A DNA stretch of 64,000 bases, taken from Dehalococcoidia bacterium. GTDB taxonomy: Bacteria > Chloroflexota > Dehalococcoidia > Lucifugimonadales > UBA3495. How positions within the stretch are numbered: the first letter of the stretch is position 1; every line of letters begins with the position of its first letter. The stretch spans positions 2,362,319-2,426,318 of the forward strand of contig OZ244064.1 in the NCBI GenBank assembly GCA_965215425.1, in the 5' to 3' direction. The notes below the pieces were generated by a model, which saw only the letters and a list, made by a program, of their open reading frames with translations, did no database searches and was not told the origin of the DNA. Positions 9,877 through 17,350 of this stretch are shown in pieces. A program made the translations under genes and the position numbers.

Positions 9877-11780
9877 TGTTGTCCCTCCGGTTGATGTTTG
9901 ACCCGAGCTTTGAGCAACACCAGATTTCCGGTTTTTGTTCCGGGGATACGGGCCCCGGGGACTATAACCCGGACTAGGGTTCCTTTCGCCAAGGCTCCTT
10001 TCGGTGGATTTTCCGGTGGCTCGTGCAGGTCCGGGTCATACGCTACGAGTTCGTCTTCTTTGCCGTAAAACTCCGCTTCCCCGGCCTGAAGCGCAAGTTT
10101 AAGCCCGGCCTCAACGTCGCGTAACAAGCTATCCGGGTCGGCTCCATTCGCGCGCAGGGTCTTCAGGGTTTCGGACATAGCGAACAGCATATCCCGCCTT
10201 ATCTCCAGCCGGGATTCCTCGCGCTTGGCGGCGATTTCATTCCGCAATCCTTGCACCAGCCGCTCCAGTTCTCCCTTCCGGGCAGTGGAATTCGCCAGCC
10301 GACTCTCGTATTCTTCTCGCTGCTGCGCCAGCGCCAACTCGTCTTGCCGCTGCAAACCCTCAATGTGGCGGTGGGCTACCGTCAAAAGTTGGGCGATAAG
10401 AGGGTTATGCCCCGCAGCTGGAGGCTGTTCTATTGCGTCGTGATAAGCGGCGGATACTTCAGAGGTTAGGTTGTCTTCGCCTTCCGATAGCAACAGGGCC
10501 GCGGTTACCAACACATTCAGCCGCTCCGGCGCAGCGGCGTCCTTCCCCGTATATTGGCTGGATATGAACGCAATCAGGCCCGTGTCCGCTTTGGAGTTGT
10601 CCCCTAATGCCGTTCGCAGGGTGAGCTGCCTTAGCGACGAATGGCGCTCCGCTCGCAGCCAGGACAAGGCCCGGTTCAAAAGGGAGTTCCGGTTGGGGTA
10701 GGGCGGAGTTGCAAAGGCAGAAGCAGCCAGGTCGCCCCACAGGATGGCGCGCTGCGCGGCGTCAAGGTGCGCGGGCAGCATACGGAGCAGTTCTTCCGCC
10801 GCGGAACGGTCGCTTTTGATACTTTCCCACAAGCTGGCGGCAAAATCCTGCCGCCAGCGGGGATCCAGACTTGCCAGCCGGCTGACCTCAGCCAGGAGAG
10901 TCGCTATTCTTTCTCGTTGCTGGATGGCGTGCATCAGTTGCGCTATAACTTGGGGCGATTGGCGGGCTGACGTGCCAGCAGGTTGCTGCCCCAGGCAGGT
11001 CTGACGACGCTGGTAGGCTTTCGTCGCTAATTCCAGCCACTGGTCTCTGGCTTTGGGGGTAAGTCGGGACGCGGCCAGGGATTCGGCGGCGCCGGCCAGC
11101 AGGCGGGCCATCGTCCGTTCAATGATTTCTTCCGGGCAGTTCTCCACCAGCGCGGCCAATCCGTCGGGTGGCGTCGTGCCAGGGAGGGGGGTATCCTCTT
11201 TGGCCCAAAGCCACTTAATCCACGCCGGCAAAGCCTGGGTAGCGCCGGGGCGTGAACTGCTTTCCCTTTCCGATTTTGGCTTGCTCTTGCTGGCTGGTCG
11301 AGGCTTGGCCCGCGGCAGTGGCTCAATCGGGATGTCGGCGATTTCCGATATGATAGCGATGGGTTTGGCCGGCTCTATGTGAAAGTAGCCAGAATCCTTT
11401 GCCACCGGTCTGACCCGATCCCACCAGGTTTTCCAGGTTACGTCTCTTACAATCCGACCTTCCAGACATTTCTGCAAATCGCCGGACTTTCCGCTCCCGC
11501 CCAAATCGGCCAGGGTGGCGCCGATAAGTCGCAGGGGGCCGTCATCAACCCAGGAAAGCACTTGGTCAGGATTGTTGTAGAAGGAGGCTTCAAGACCTTC
11601 TTTCGGTAGCGTATCAAGGGAGGCCATTGCCGTTGCTTTGCTAAGGGTTACCGGCGCGTCCGGATTGGACAGGTAATGCAGTACTACCTGGGTTCCTTCC
11701 GGTTCAACGTCAACAATTCGCCCTACACCGTTTTCCTGGTGTTTAACGAAAGTGTCCGGGCTTATTTCGTTTAATTTCAT
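9867..11780 (-). CDS. large multidomain protein: CarD/TRCF-RID-like N-terminus (tentative), helical repeats, coiled coil, and a GrpE-like C-terminal domain
   Basis: The C-terminus FYGKEDELVAYDPDLHEPP...GTLVRVIVPGARI...GNLVLLKARVK follows the GrpE beta-domain pattern (G..FDP..HEA...V..GY...vlR.A.V.V) and comes after a long coiled coil. The N-terminus is FVKHQENGVGRIVDVEPEGTQVVLHY...WKTWWDRVR. Its stop overlaps the Hsp70 ATG (ATGCAAGTAG). Confidence 0.7.
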   Translation of the reverse strand: MKLNEISPDTFVKHQENGVGRIVDVEPEGTQVVLHYLSNPDAPVTLSKATAMASLDTLPKEGLEASFYNNPDQVLSWVDDGPLRLIGATLADLGGSGKSGDLQKCLEGRIVRDVTWKTWWDRVRPVAKDSGYFHIEPAKPIAIISEIADIPIEPLPRAKPRPASKSKPKSERESSSRPGATQALPAWIKWLWAKEDTPLPGTTPPDGLAALVENCPEEIIERTMARLLAGAAESLAASRLTPKARDQWLELATKAYQRRQTCLGQQPAGTSARQSPQVIAQLMHAIQQRERIATLLAEVSRLASLDPRWRQDFAASLWESIKSDRSAAEELLRMLPAHLDAAQRAILWGDLAASAFATPPYPNRNSLLNRALSWLRAERHSSLRQLTLRTALGDNSKADTGLIAFISSQYTGKDAAAPERLNVLVTAALLLSEGEDNLTSEVSAAYHDAIEQPPAAGHNPLIAQLLTVAHRHIEGLQRQDELALAQQREEYESRLANSTARKGELERLVQGLRNEIAAKREESRLEIRRDMLFAMSETLKTLRANGADPDSLLRDVEAGLKLALQAGEAEFYGKEDELVAYDPDLHEPPENPPKGALAKGTLVRVIVPGARIPGTKTGNLVLLKARVKHQPEGQQCK

Positions 11781-11812
11781 CGGATTCCTGAAACAGTTTG
11801 GCTAGGCTCTAG

Positions 11813-11842
11813 ATTATATTACCTGCGCTTACTTCAGGGCAA
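11813..11842 (-). promoter_or_regulatory. candidate promoter of the GrpE-like/Hsp70-like operon
   Basis: On the minus strand: TTGCCC, 18 nt, TATAAT, about 30 nt upstream of the ATG at 11780. Confidence 0.5.
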
Positions 11843-11886
11843 GAATACCGTCGCAATTTGCAGCAGACTTGACCCGCCAAAGGCAG

Positions 11887-11916
11887 TTGACAACCCCCTT
11901 TTCCTTGTGCTAGCTT
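11887..11916 (+). promoter_or_regulatory. candidate promoter of the T-box/ilvB transcript
   Basis: TTGACA (11887-11892), 18-nt spacer ending in TGC (extended -10), TAGCTT (11911-11916). Confidence 0.5.
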
Positions 11917-12222
11917 TCAGGGGTAAAGGCTTTGATGGAGACGAGTAGGCAAGGCGCGGCGCTCAAGCGAGCCTGGTATGGTGGGAGCAGGTGCGCCAAC
12001 CTGGTTGAAAATCCCTCCGGAGCTGCCTGCCCAACAGCCTGATGGCCCGGTTCTCTGACTTGAACCGGTCGAATAGCGCTCAGTAAGCCCGGCCGAGGTT
12101 CGTCGCTCGTTATCCCTGACGGGGCATGATAGTGCCTGCTAAGAGAGGTCCGGTTCGCCGGATAAATAGGGTGGTACCGCGGGAACATTCAAGTCCCGTC
12201 CCTATGGGGGACGGGTCTTTTT
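11917..12222 (+). promoter_or_regulatory. T-box leader (tRNA-sensing transcription attenuator)
   Basis: Stem I K-turn/AGTA elements (TTGATGGAGACGAGTAGG), an AGCGA bulge, the canonical T-box sequence AAATAGGGTGGTACCGCGGGAAC (12164-12186) and an overlapping terminator. Confidence 0.8.
12195..12222 (+). terminator. T-box intrinsic terminator
   Basis: CCCGTCCC, loop tatgg, GGGACGGG, tc, then TTTTT. Confidence 0.8.
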
Positions 12223-12290
12223 ATTTGGCCCACGGGCAGCCTTCCCGATACCTTTCTCGGCGGGAGAAGGCTGATGTATTGGAGGCTGCT

Positions 12291-13991
12291 TTGAAACTCA
12301 AAGGTTCGGAAATCATCTGCGAAAGTCTGCTCCAGGAAGGAGTGGACGTACTTTTCGGGCATCCCGGCGGGGCGATTCTGCCTTTCTACGATGCGCTTTG
12401 GGGCTATCCGCAACTGCGCCATATCCTGGTGCGCCACGAGCAGTCGGCCTCCCATGCCGCCGACGGCTACTCCCGGGTTACCGGCAAGGTGGGCGTCTGC
12501 GTCGCCACCTCCGGCCCGGGGGCGACCAACCTGGTTACCGGGTTGATGAGCGCCAAGGCCGACTCGGTTCCGATGGTGGCTATTACTGGACAAGTGGCCC
12601 GCCCGGTCCTCGGCTCCGAGGCATTCCAGGAATGTGACATCTGTTCCATCGCCTCGGTCTGTACCAAACGCACTTACCTGGTTATGTCCGCCGCCGACCT
12701 GGCCCCGACGCTCCGGGAGGCTTTCCAAATCGCCCAGGAAGGACGCCCCGGCCCGGTGCTGGTTGACGTGCCCCGGGACGTACAGCTGGAACTGGCCGAG
12801 TTCGAATACCCGGCGGTGGCGCCGCCCGCGCCGGAACCTTTAGCGGCGGAAACCGCGGAACAGCTGGAGCGGGCCGCCCGGCTGATTAACGAAGCGGAGC
12901 GCCCGGTGCTCATCGCCGGCCACGGCATTCTGGCTTCCCACGCCTGGAATGAGTTGATGGAGTTGGCGGAAAGCACCGGAATACCCGTCATCAATACGCT
13001 GTTGGGCCTCAGCAGCTTTCCCCGAAACCATCCCCTGAGTTTGGGAATGTTGGGGATGCATGGAATGTACTGGTCGAATATAGTAGTGGACCAGGCCGAC
13101 CTGGTAGTGGGGCTGGGTATGCGCTTTGATGACCGGGTAACCGGCAAGGCCTCCACTTTTGCGCCGCACGCTCGCATTATTCACCTGGACATCGAACCGA
13201 GCCAGGTAGGCCGGAACGTTCCGGTGGAAGTTCCCCTGGTGGGAGACGCCAAGTCGGTATTGCAAGGGCTGATTCCCCTGGTGGCGCGGAAAGAACGGCC
13301 CGAATGGATGGCCTATATTGAGGACTTGAAGGAGCGGCATCCCTCGTTGGCGATTCCTAATACGGATTCCCTGCTGGTCCAGCACGTTATGTCGGAAATG
13401 AACGAGTTGCTTCAGGAGAACCCGGAGACGGTGGTGGTTACCGGCGTCGGGCAGCACCAGATGTGGGCGGCTCAGTTCCTTTTCTTCAACGGCTTCAATA
13501 CCTTTGTCTCCTCCGGCGGTCTGGGGGCGATGGGGTTCGAGCTGCCCGCTGCGCTGGGCGCCCAGGTAGGTCAGCCGGGAGCGCCGGTCTGGAGTATTGC
13601 CGGGGATGGCGGCATCCAGATGACCTCCCAGGAATTGGCTACGGTGGCCCACGAGAACCTGCCGGTCAAGATTGCCTTGATTAACAACGGTTACCTGGGT
13701 ATGGTGCGCCAGTGGCAGGAGATGTTCTTCGAAAATCACCTGAAAGAGGTGCCTATTCCCGGGCCGGAGTTCGTGAAGTTGGCCCATGCCTATGGTATCC
13801 CGGCGATGCGGGTCGCCCATCAGGAAGATGTTATGCCGGCCCTGCGCCAGGCCCAAGCCCACGCTGGCCCTTACCTGATCGAGTTCGTGGTGGACCCGTC
13901 GGTGAACTTGTACCCCATGGTGCCCCCCGGCGGCTCGCTGGGAGATACGATGGAAGACCCCTTGACGGCGGGCCGCCAGGGCCCGGCCTGA
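12291..13991 (+). CDS. ilvB: acetolactate synthase large subunit (biosynthetic type, ThDP-dependent)
   Basis: GSEIICESLLQEGVDVLFGHPGGAILPFYDAL...IAGDGGIQMTSQELAT...NNGYLGMVRQWQ. The ORF-track start at 12126 lies inside the T-box. I chose TTG 12291 (MKLKGSE) after GGAGG; TTG 12279 is an alternative. Confidence 0.85.
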   Translation: MKLKGSEIICESLLQEGVDVLFGHPGGAILPFYDALWGYPQLRHILVRHEQSASHAADGYSRVTGKVGVCVATSGPGATNLVTGLMSAKADSVPMVAITGQVARPVLGSEAFQECDICSIASVCTKRTYLVMSAADLAPTLREAFQIAQEGRPGPVLVDVPRDVQLELAEFEYPAVAPPAPEPLAAETAEQLERAARLINEAERPVLIAGHGILASHAWNELMELAESTGIPVINTLLGLSSFPRNHPLSLGMLGMHGMYWSNIVVDQADLVVGLGMRFDDRVTGKASTFAPHARIIHLDIEPSQVGRNVPVEVPLVGDAKSVLQGLIPLVARKERPEWMAYIEDLKERHPSLAIPNTDSLLVQHVMSEMNELLQENPETVVVTGVGQHQMWAAQFLFFNGFNTFVSSGGLGAMGFELPAALGAQVGQPGAPVWSIAGDGGIQMTSQELATVAHENLPVKIALINNGYLGMVRQWQEMFFENHLKEVPIPGPEFVKLAHAYGIPAMRVAHQEDVMPALRQAQAHAGPYLIEFVVDPSVNLYPMVPPGGSLGDTMEDPLTAGRQGPA

Positions 13992-14105
13992 CCCGTAAAG
14001 CCGCGGGGCTTTTTATTTCTGCGGCGCCCGCCCTGAACCGTCGGGTAATGCAGGCCCGACGGCAGGTTCGGGGTGAGGGGATAAACCGAGACCGGAGAGG
14101 AAGTT

Positions 14106-14510
14106 TTGGAAGAAGTAACTATCCAGGAAGCATCGCGGCGGCTCAACGTATCTCAAGACATCATCCGCCGCTGCATAAGGGAGGGAAAGCTGCAAGCTCG
14201 GCGGCGAACCGGCGGCGAAGGACGGGCTTGGGTGGTGGAACTTCCCGAAGCCGGGTGGCTGGATGACGCCAAGACCCACATCAACCGCCTGGCGCAGCAG
14301 TTGACACCCTGGTGGTGGCCCAATTCCCGTCAGGCCGGCGAGGTGCATTACGTGGATAGTCTGGGGATTGAGGAGGTGGAGCCGTTGTTCCTCTGCGGCA
14401 TCACCGCCCCGGACATCTGGCCGGCGGTAGGCCACTCCCGGGAACAGCGTTGCCCGGTTTGTCTGCAAGAGGTACAGCGCCGGGGATTTCCCCTGGAAAC
14501 GCGGGAATGA
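14106..14510 (+). CDS. helix-turn-helix (excisionase/MerR-like HTH_17) DNA-binding protein with a C-terminal CxxC
   Basis: TTG start. TIQEASRRLNVSQDIIRRCIREGKLQA is a typical HTH; the C-terminal half has QRCPVCLQ. Confidence 0.55.
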   Translation: MEEVTIQEASRRLNVSQDIIRRCIREGKLQARRRTGGEGRAWVVELPEAGWLDDAKTHINRLAQQLTPWWWPNSRQAGEVHYVDSLGIEEVEPLFLCGITAPDIWPAVGHSREQRCPVCLQEVQRRGFPLETRE

Positions 14511-14563
14511 GGGAACCCTCTCCGCCCGTCCTCCGGCTTGGCCTCCGTGGTTACCCGGAAACG

Positions 14564-14587
14564 GCTCCCGGCATTCCCGCCGGGAGC
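14564..14587. terminator. 9-bp-stem hairpin between convergent genes (weak terminator candidate)
   Basis: GCTCCCGGC, loop attccc, GCCGGGAGC, followed by tta. Confidence 0.3.
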
Positions 14588-14746
14588 TTATGGTCGGAAT
14601 GATACCCTGAACGCAGCGGCGAAGCTGAAATCCTCGCTGCAAGAAAGGAAACTCTCAGGCCATTGGGAGGGTTCAGCCTCCGCTGCTGTGCCTGGAATGA
14701 CCTTCCTGACCGCCAACGCCGCCCGACCGATTGCGCATTGTCCGCT

Positions 14747-15373
14747 TCAGCTAACCTGGTAAACCCAGACCTGGTGCAGGACTTCCGGTTCTCCCTTGGG
14801 CAGCGGCTGATAAGGTTCGGTAACCTCCACCAGCTTCCACTGCCCCGCCGATTCCAGGGCCTCCTGCTTCTCTTTGAAGCCGTTCTCCTGGTAGGTATCG
14901 GTCCGCAGGCTGAAGACTATGTGCCCCCCGGGTTTGGTGACCCGTACCAACTCATCGATGGAGCCGGCCGGGGCATGGCCCTGGGTGAAGACGCCGACGA
15001 TCACCGTAGCGTCGAACTGGTCGGTGTCGTAGTCCAGTCGCTCTCCCATAACCATCTGGTCGAAGGCTTGATAGACGTTCTTCTTGCGGGCCACCTCCAG
15101 CATCCCTTGAGACAAATCCATCGCCGTCATATTCCGGTAACCCAGGTCGTGCAGGCACTGTCCCACCAGTCCGGTGCCGGCGCCGGCGTCCAGGATGCTG
15201 GCCTCTTGGGGCACGTGCCTGGCAAAGACGTCTGAAGTGCGCTGGGGCGAAATCCAGCCGAAGTCGACGTCCAAGTCGGCGTCGTATTCCTCGGCCCACT
15301 GGTCGTAGCGCTCCTCCAATTCCTGCTCGTTTTGAGAGGAATATACCCACTGCACGCGGTTTTGCTCAGTCAT
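14747..15373 (-). CDS. class I SAM-dependent methyltransferase (small, ~208 aa)
   Basis: SAM motif I ILDAGAGTGLVG, followed by MDLSQGML and VTKPGGHIVFS. Confidence 0.8.
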   Translation of the reverse strand: MTEQNRVQWVYSSQNEQELEERYDQWAEEYDADLDVDFGWISPQRTSDVFARHVPQEASILDAGAGTGLVGQCLHDLGYRNMTAMDLSQGMLEVARKKNVYQAFDQMVMGERLDYDTDQFDATVIVGVFTQGHAPAGSIDELVRVTKPGGHIVFSLRTDTYQENGFKEKQEALESAGQWKLVEVTEPYQPLPKGEPEVLHQVWVYQVS

Positions 15374-15457
15374 AGTTAACCCCTGACTCCGGCGAATAGT
15401 TACCGGTGAATGTTTTACCGGCCGGATACCGGCGACCCGTTTCAGGCTTGCTTTCCG

Positions 15458-16276
15458 CTACTTCCGGCAAACGAACAGCGCCCAGCCGACCTCTTTACGG
15501 TCAACGGAGAGCGCGGTTTCCCGGTAAGCCTCGGCCAGATAGGCGAACCGCTCCTGGTGTTCCGCATTGCCCCGGGCGGCGGCGGCGCTCAGCATCTCAT
15601 AACTGGTCTTGAGGTGGGAGGAAATATCTTCCGCTTCAAGAACCTGGAACCCGGTCGCTTTCAGGGCCTCTTGGTAAGACGCAAAGCTGAAGTCGGTGTC
15701 GTAAAGCAGGCGCTCGTAAACGAACTTTTGGGCCTTCTCGCCGATCTTCGGCTGAGGCTTGGTCAGATCGTCAAAGACGAAAATCCCGCCGGGTTCCAGC
15801 ACCCGGTAAACCTCTTGGAGTACCTTTACCTTGTCCGGCACGTGATAGATAGTGGCCTGGCTCCAGGCGTGGGTAAAGGTTTCCGTCGCGAAGGGCAAAT
15901 CGGTGGCCGAGCCTTTCTCGAAGGCCACTTTTTCCCGGATCTCGGCCGGCTGTTCTTCCAGGGAGTCAATGGCGTTGGCAATTCGCACGCCGCTCAAGTC
16001 CACCCCGGTAACGTGGCAGCCGATGGCCTGGCAGAGGGCAACGGCGGTGGTGCCGCTGCCGCAGCCCACGTCCAGCACTCGGGAAGCGGCGTTCAGTTTA
16101 CCCCGGCGGCGCATCACGGTGTTCAGGTTGGCGCCGGCCTCCAGAAAGGTCATATTAGCCCCGTCCTCGAACAAACCCCAATGAACACTGCCGTCCTTGT
16201 CCCAAAGGGCGCGGTAAACCGCATCCTCGTGGTCGTAGTATTCTTCGGTTTGGGCTTCGCTAAACTTTAACGGCAT
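15458..16276 (-). CDS. SAM-dependent N-methyltransferase of the sarcosine/dimethylglycine N-methyltransferase (SDMT) type
   Basis: Collinear with my recollection of cyanobacterial SDMT: EEYYD...VHWGLF, VLDVGCGSGTTA, DLPFATETFTHAWSQATIYH, VLEPGGIFVFDD, and a terminal GWALFVCRK. Its ATG lies inside the panD 3' end (17-nt overlap). Confidence 0.7.
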   Translation of the reverse strand: MPLKFSEAQTEEYYDHEDAVYRALWDKDGSVHWGLFEDGANMTFLEAGANLNTVMRRRGKLNAASRVLDVGCGSGTTAVALCQAIGCHVTGVDLSGVRIANAIDSLEEQPAEIREKVAFEKGSATDLPFATETFTHAWSQATIYHVPDKVKVLQEVYRVLEPGGIFVFDDLTKPQPKIGEKAQKFVYERLLYDTDFSFASYQEALKATGFQVLEAEDISSHLKTSYEMLSAAAARGNAEHQERFAYLAEAYRETALSVDRKEVGWALFVCRK

Positions 16277-16628
16277 TTTCCACTCCGGACAGGTACTCGA
16301 CGAATTCGTTGCGGTGGTTGACCAGGATAGCCCGGGGTTCTACCGGCGCATCGGTAACCTCAAAAGACATAATGATTACCTTGTTCCCCGGGTCGGTCAG
16401 CTTGGCCGCCGCGCCCTGGACGGAGACGATGCCGCTGCCCCGGGCGCCGGAGATGGCGTAGGTCTCGAACCGGTTCCCGTTGTCGATATCGCAGACCAGC
16501 ACCTTTTCGTGCTCCCAAATGTCCGCCCGGTCCATCAGGTTTTGGTCGATTACGATGCTGCCGATGTAGTCCTCATCGCAGTTGGTAACCGTGGCTCGGT
16601 GAATCTTGGACCGCATGAGTATTCGCAT
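16260..16628 (-). CDS. panD: aspartate 1-decarboxylase (pyruvoyl-dependent)
   Basis: MRILMRSKIHRATVTNCDEDYIGSIVID contains the Gly-Ser self-cleavage site, and the length is typical. Confidence 0.9.
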   Translation of the reverse strand: MRILMRSKIHRATVTNCDEDYIGSIVIDQNLMDRADIWEHEKVLVCDIDNGNRFETYAISGARGSGIVSVQGAAAKLTDPGNKVIIMSFEVTDAPVEPRAILVNHRNEFVEYLSGVENAVKV

Positions 16629-17350
16629 ATACTTGCCTCCTTTGTTCGCTAGTGTTCGCTAGTTTACCTGGATTTATGGGGCTGAACGGCACCGAAACGT
16701 GCAGCACATCACGCCAGCGGTTGGGGTGAGTCGTTTCTCGTCAAAAACGAGCCTGGTTTGTCGGACGCCGGCCCCGCCGGTTTGCCGACCGGGAAGGTCG
16801 GAGAAGCGGGTAGCAGGCCAGTCCGAGAGACTCTTAATGTGGAACGTGGCAGAAGCTAAGGCTCGCAGGGGAGTTGGCGGCAGGGCAGGGAAGCAGTGTT
16901 CCCGGTATAGTTGGAGGAGTCACTATAGTAGTAACCGAGCCAGGAAATGCCACTGGAAGCTCTGTGGCGCTCCAGCTGACTAGACTCCGGTTCAACCGTC
17001 GCTTTCCGTGATAAACTTACACGCATCCTCCGTTACCTCCTTGTCGGTTAGGGTTAGGGTGCGTTAATTCAGGATGGTATCGGCATTCCGCAGGGTTGTC
17101 AAACAAATCAATGCACTGATTCCATCGCATAATGCCTGAATATGTCCGTGTTAGTTTAGCATTGAGGATAATTATTCTGTATTACGTCATTATTTCCCAA
17201 TAATATGTCTGATTACCTGTAATACATTCAGATGAGGATGGGATTTCTATGGCAGAGACGCGGAGTTGTGTAGAGAACCGCAGCGGGTGGATCCCTACGG
17301 TGTAACTCCCGGTTTAGGTCGCTGCGGTGAATAAAAAGTGAGGACGGCTT

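Noticed and set aside
12126-12290. ATG at 12126 as the ilvB start
   Set aside because: It lies inside the T-box leader, upstream of the T-box sequence and its terminator. The conserved ALS N-terminus begins after 12279.
16699-16983. 94-aa plus-strand ORF in the panD upstream region
   Set aside because: It is Arg/Ser/Gly/Cys-rich with no RBS or motif. The region is more likely non-coding and structured.
16680-17000. Possible tmRNA (GGGGCTGAACGG...), RNase P, SRP RNA (GGGAAGCAG) or cobalamin riboswitch (GCCACTGG, GAGCCAGGAAATGCC)
   Set aside because: Each resemblance is a single short motif. The obligatory partners are missing or in the wrong order: no tRNA-like 3' end with ..CCACCA context, no GGAAAGTCCGG, no GGUCCGGAAGG, and the B12-box precedes rather than follows its partner. 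The region is kept only as an unassigned, possibly structured leader.
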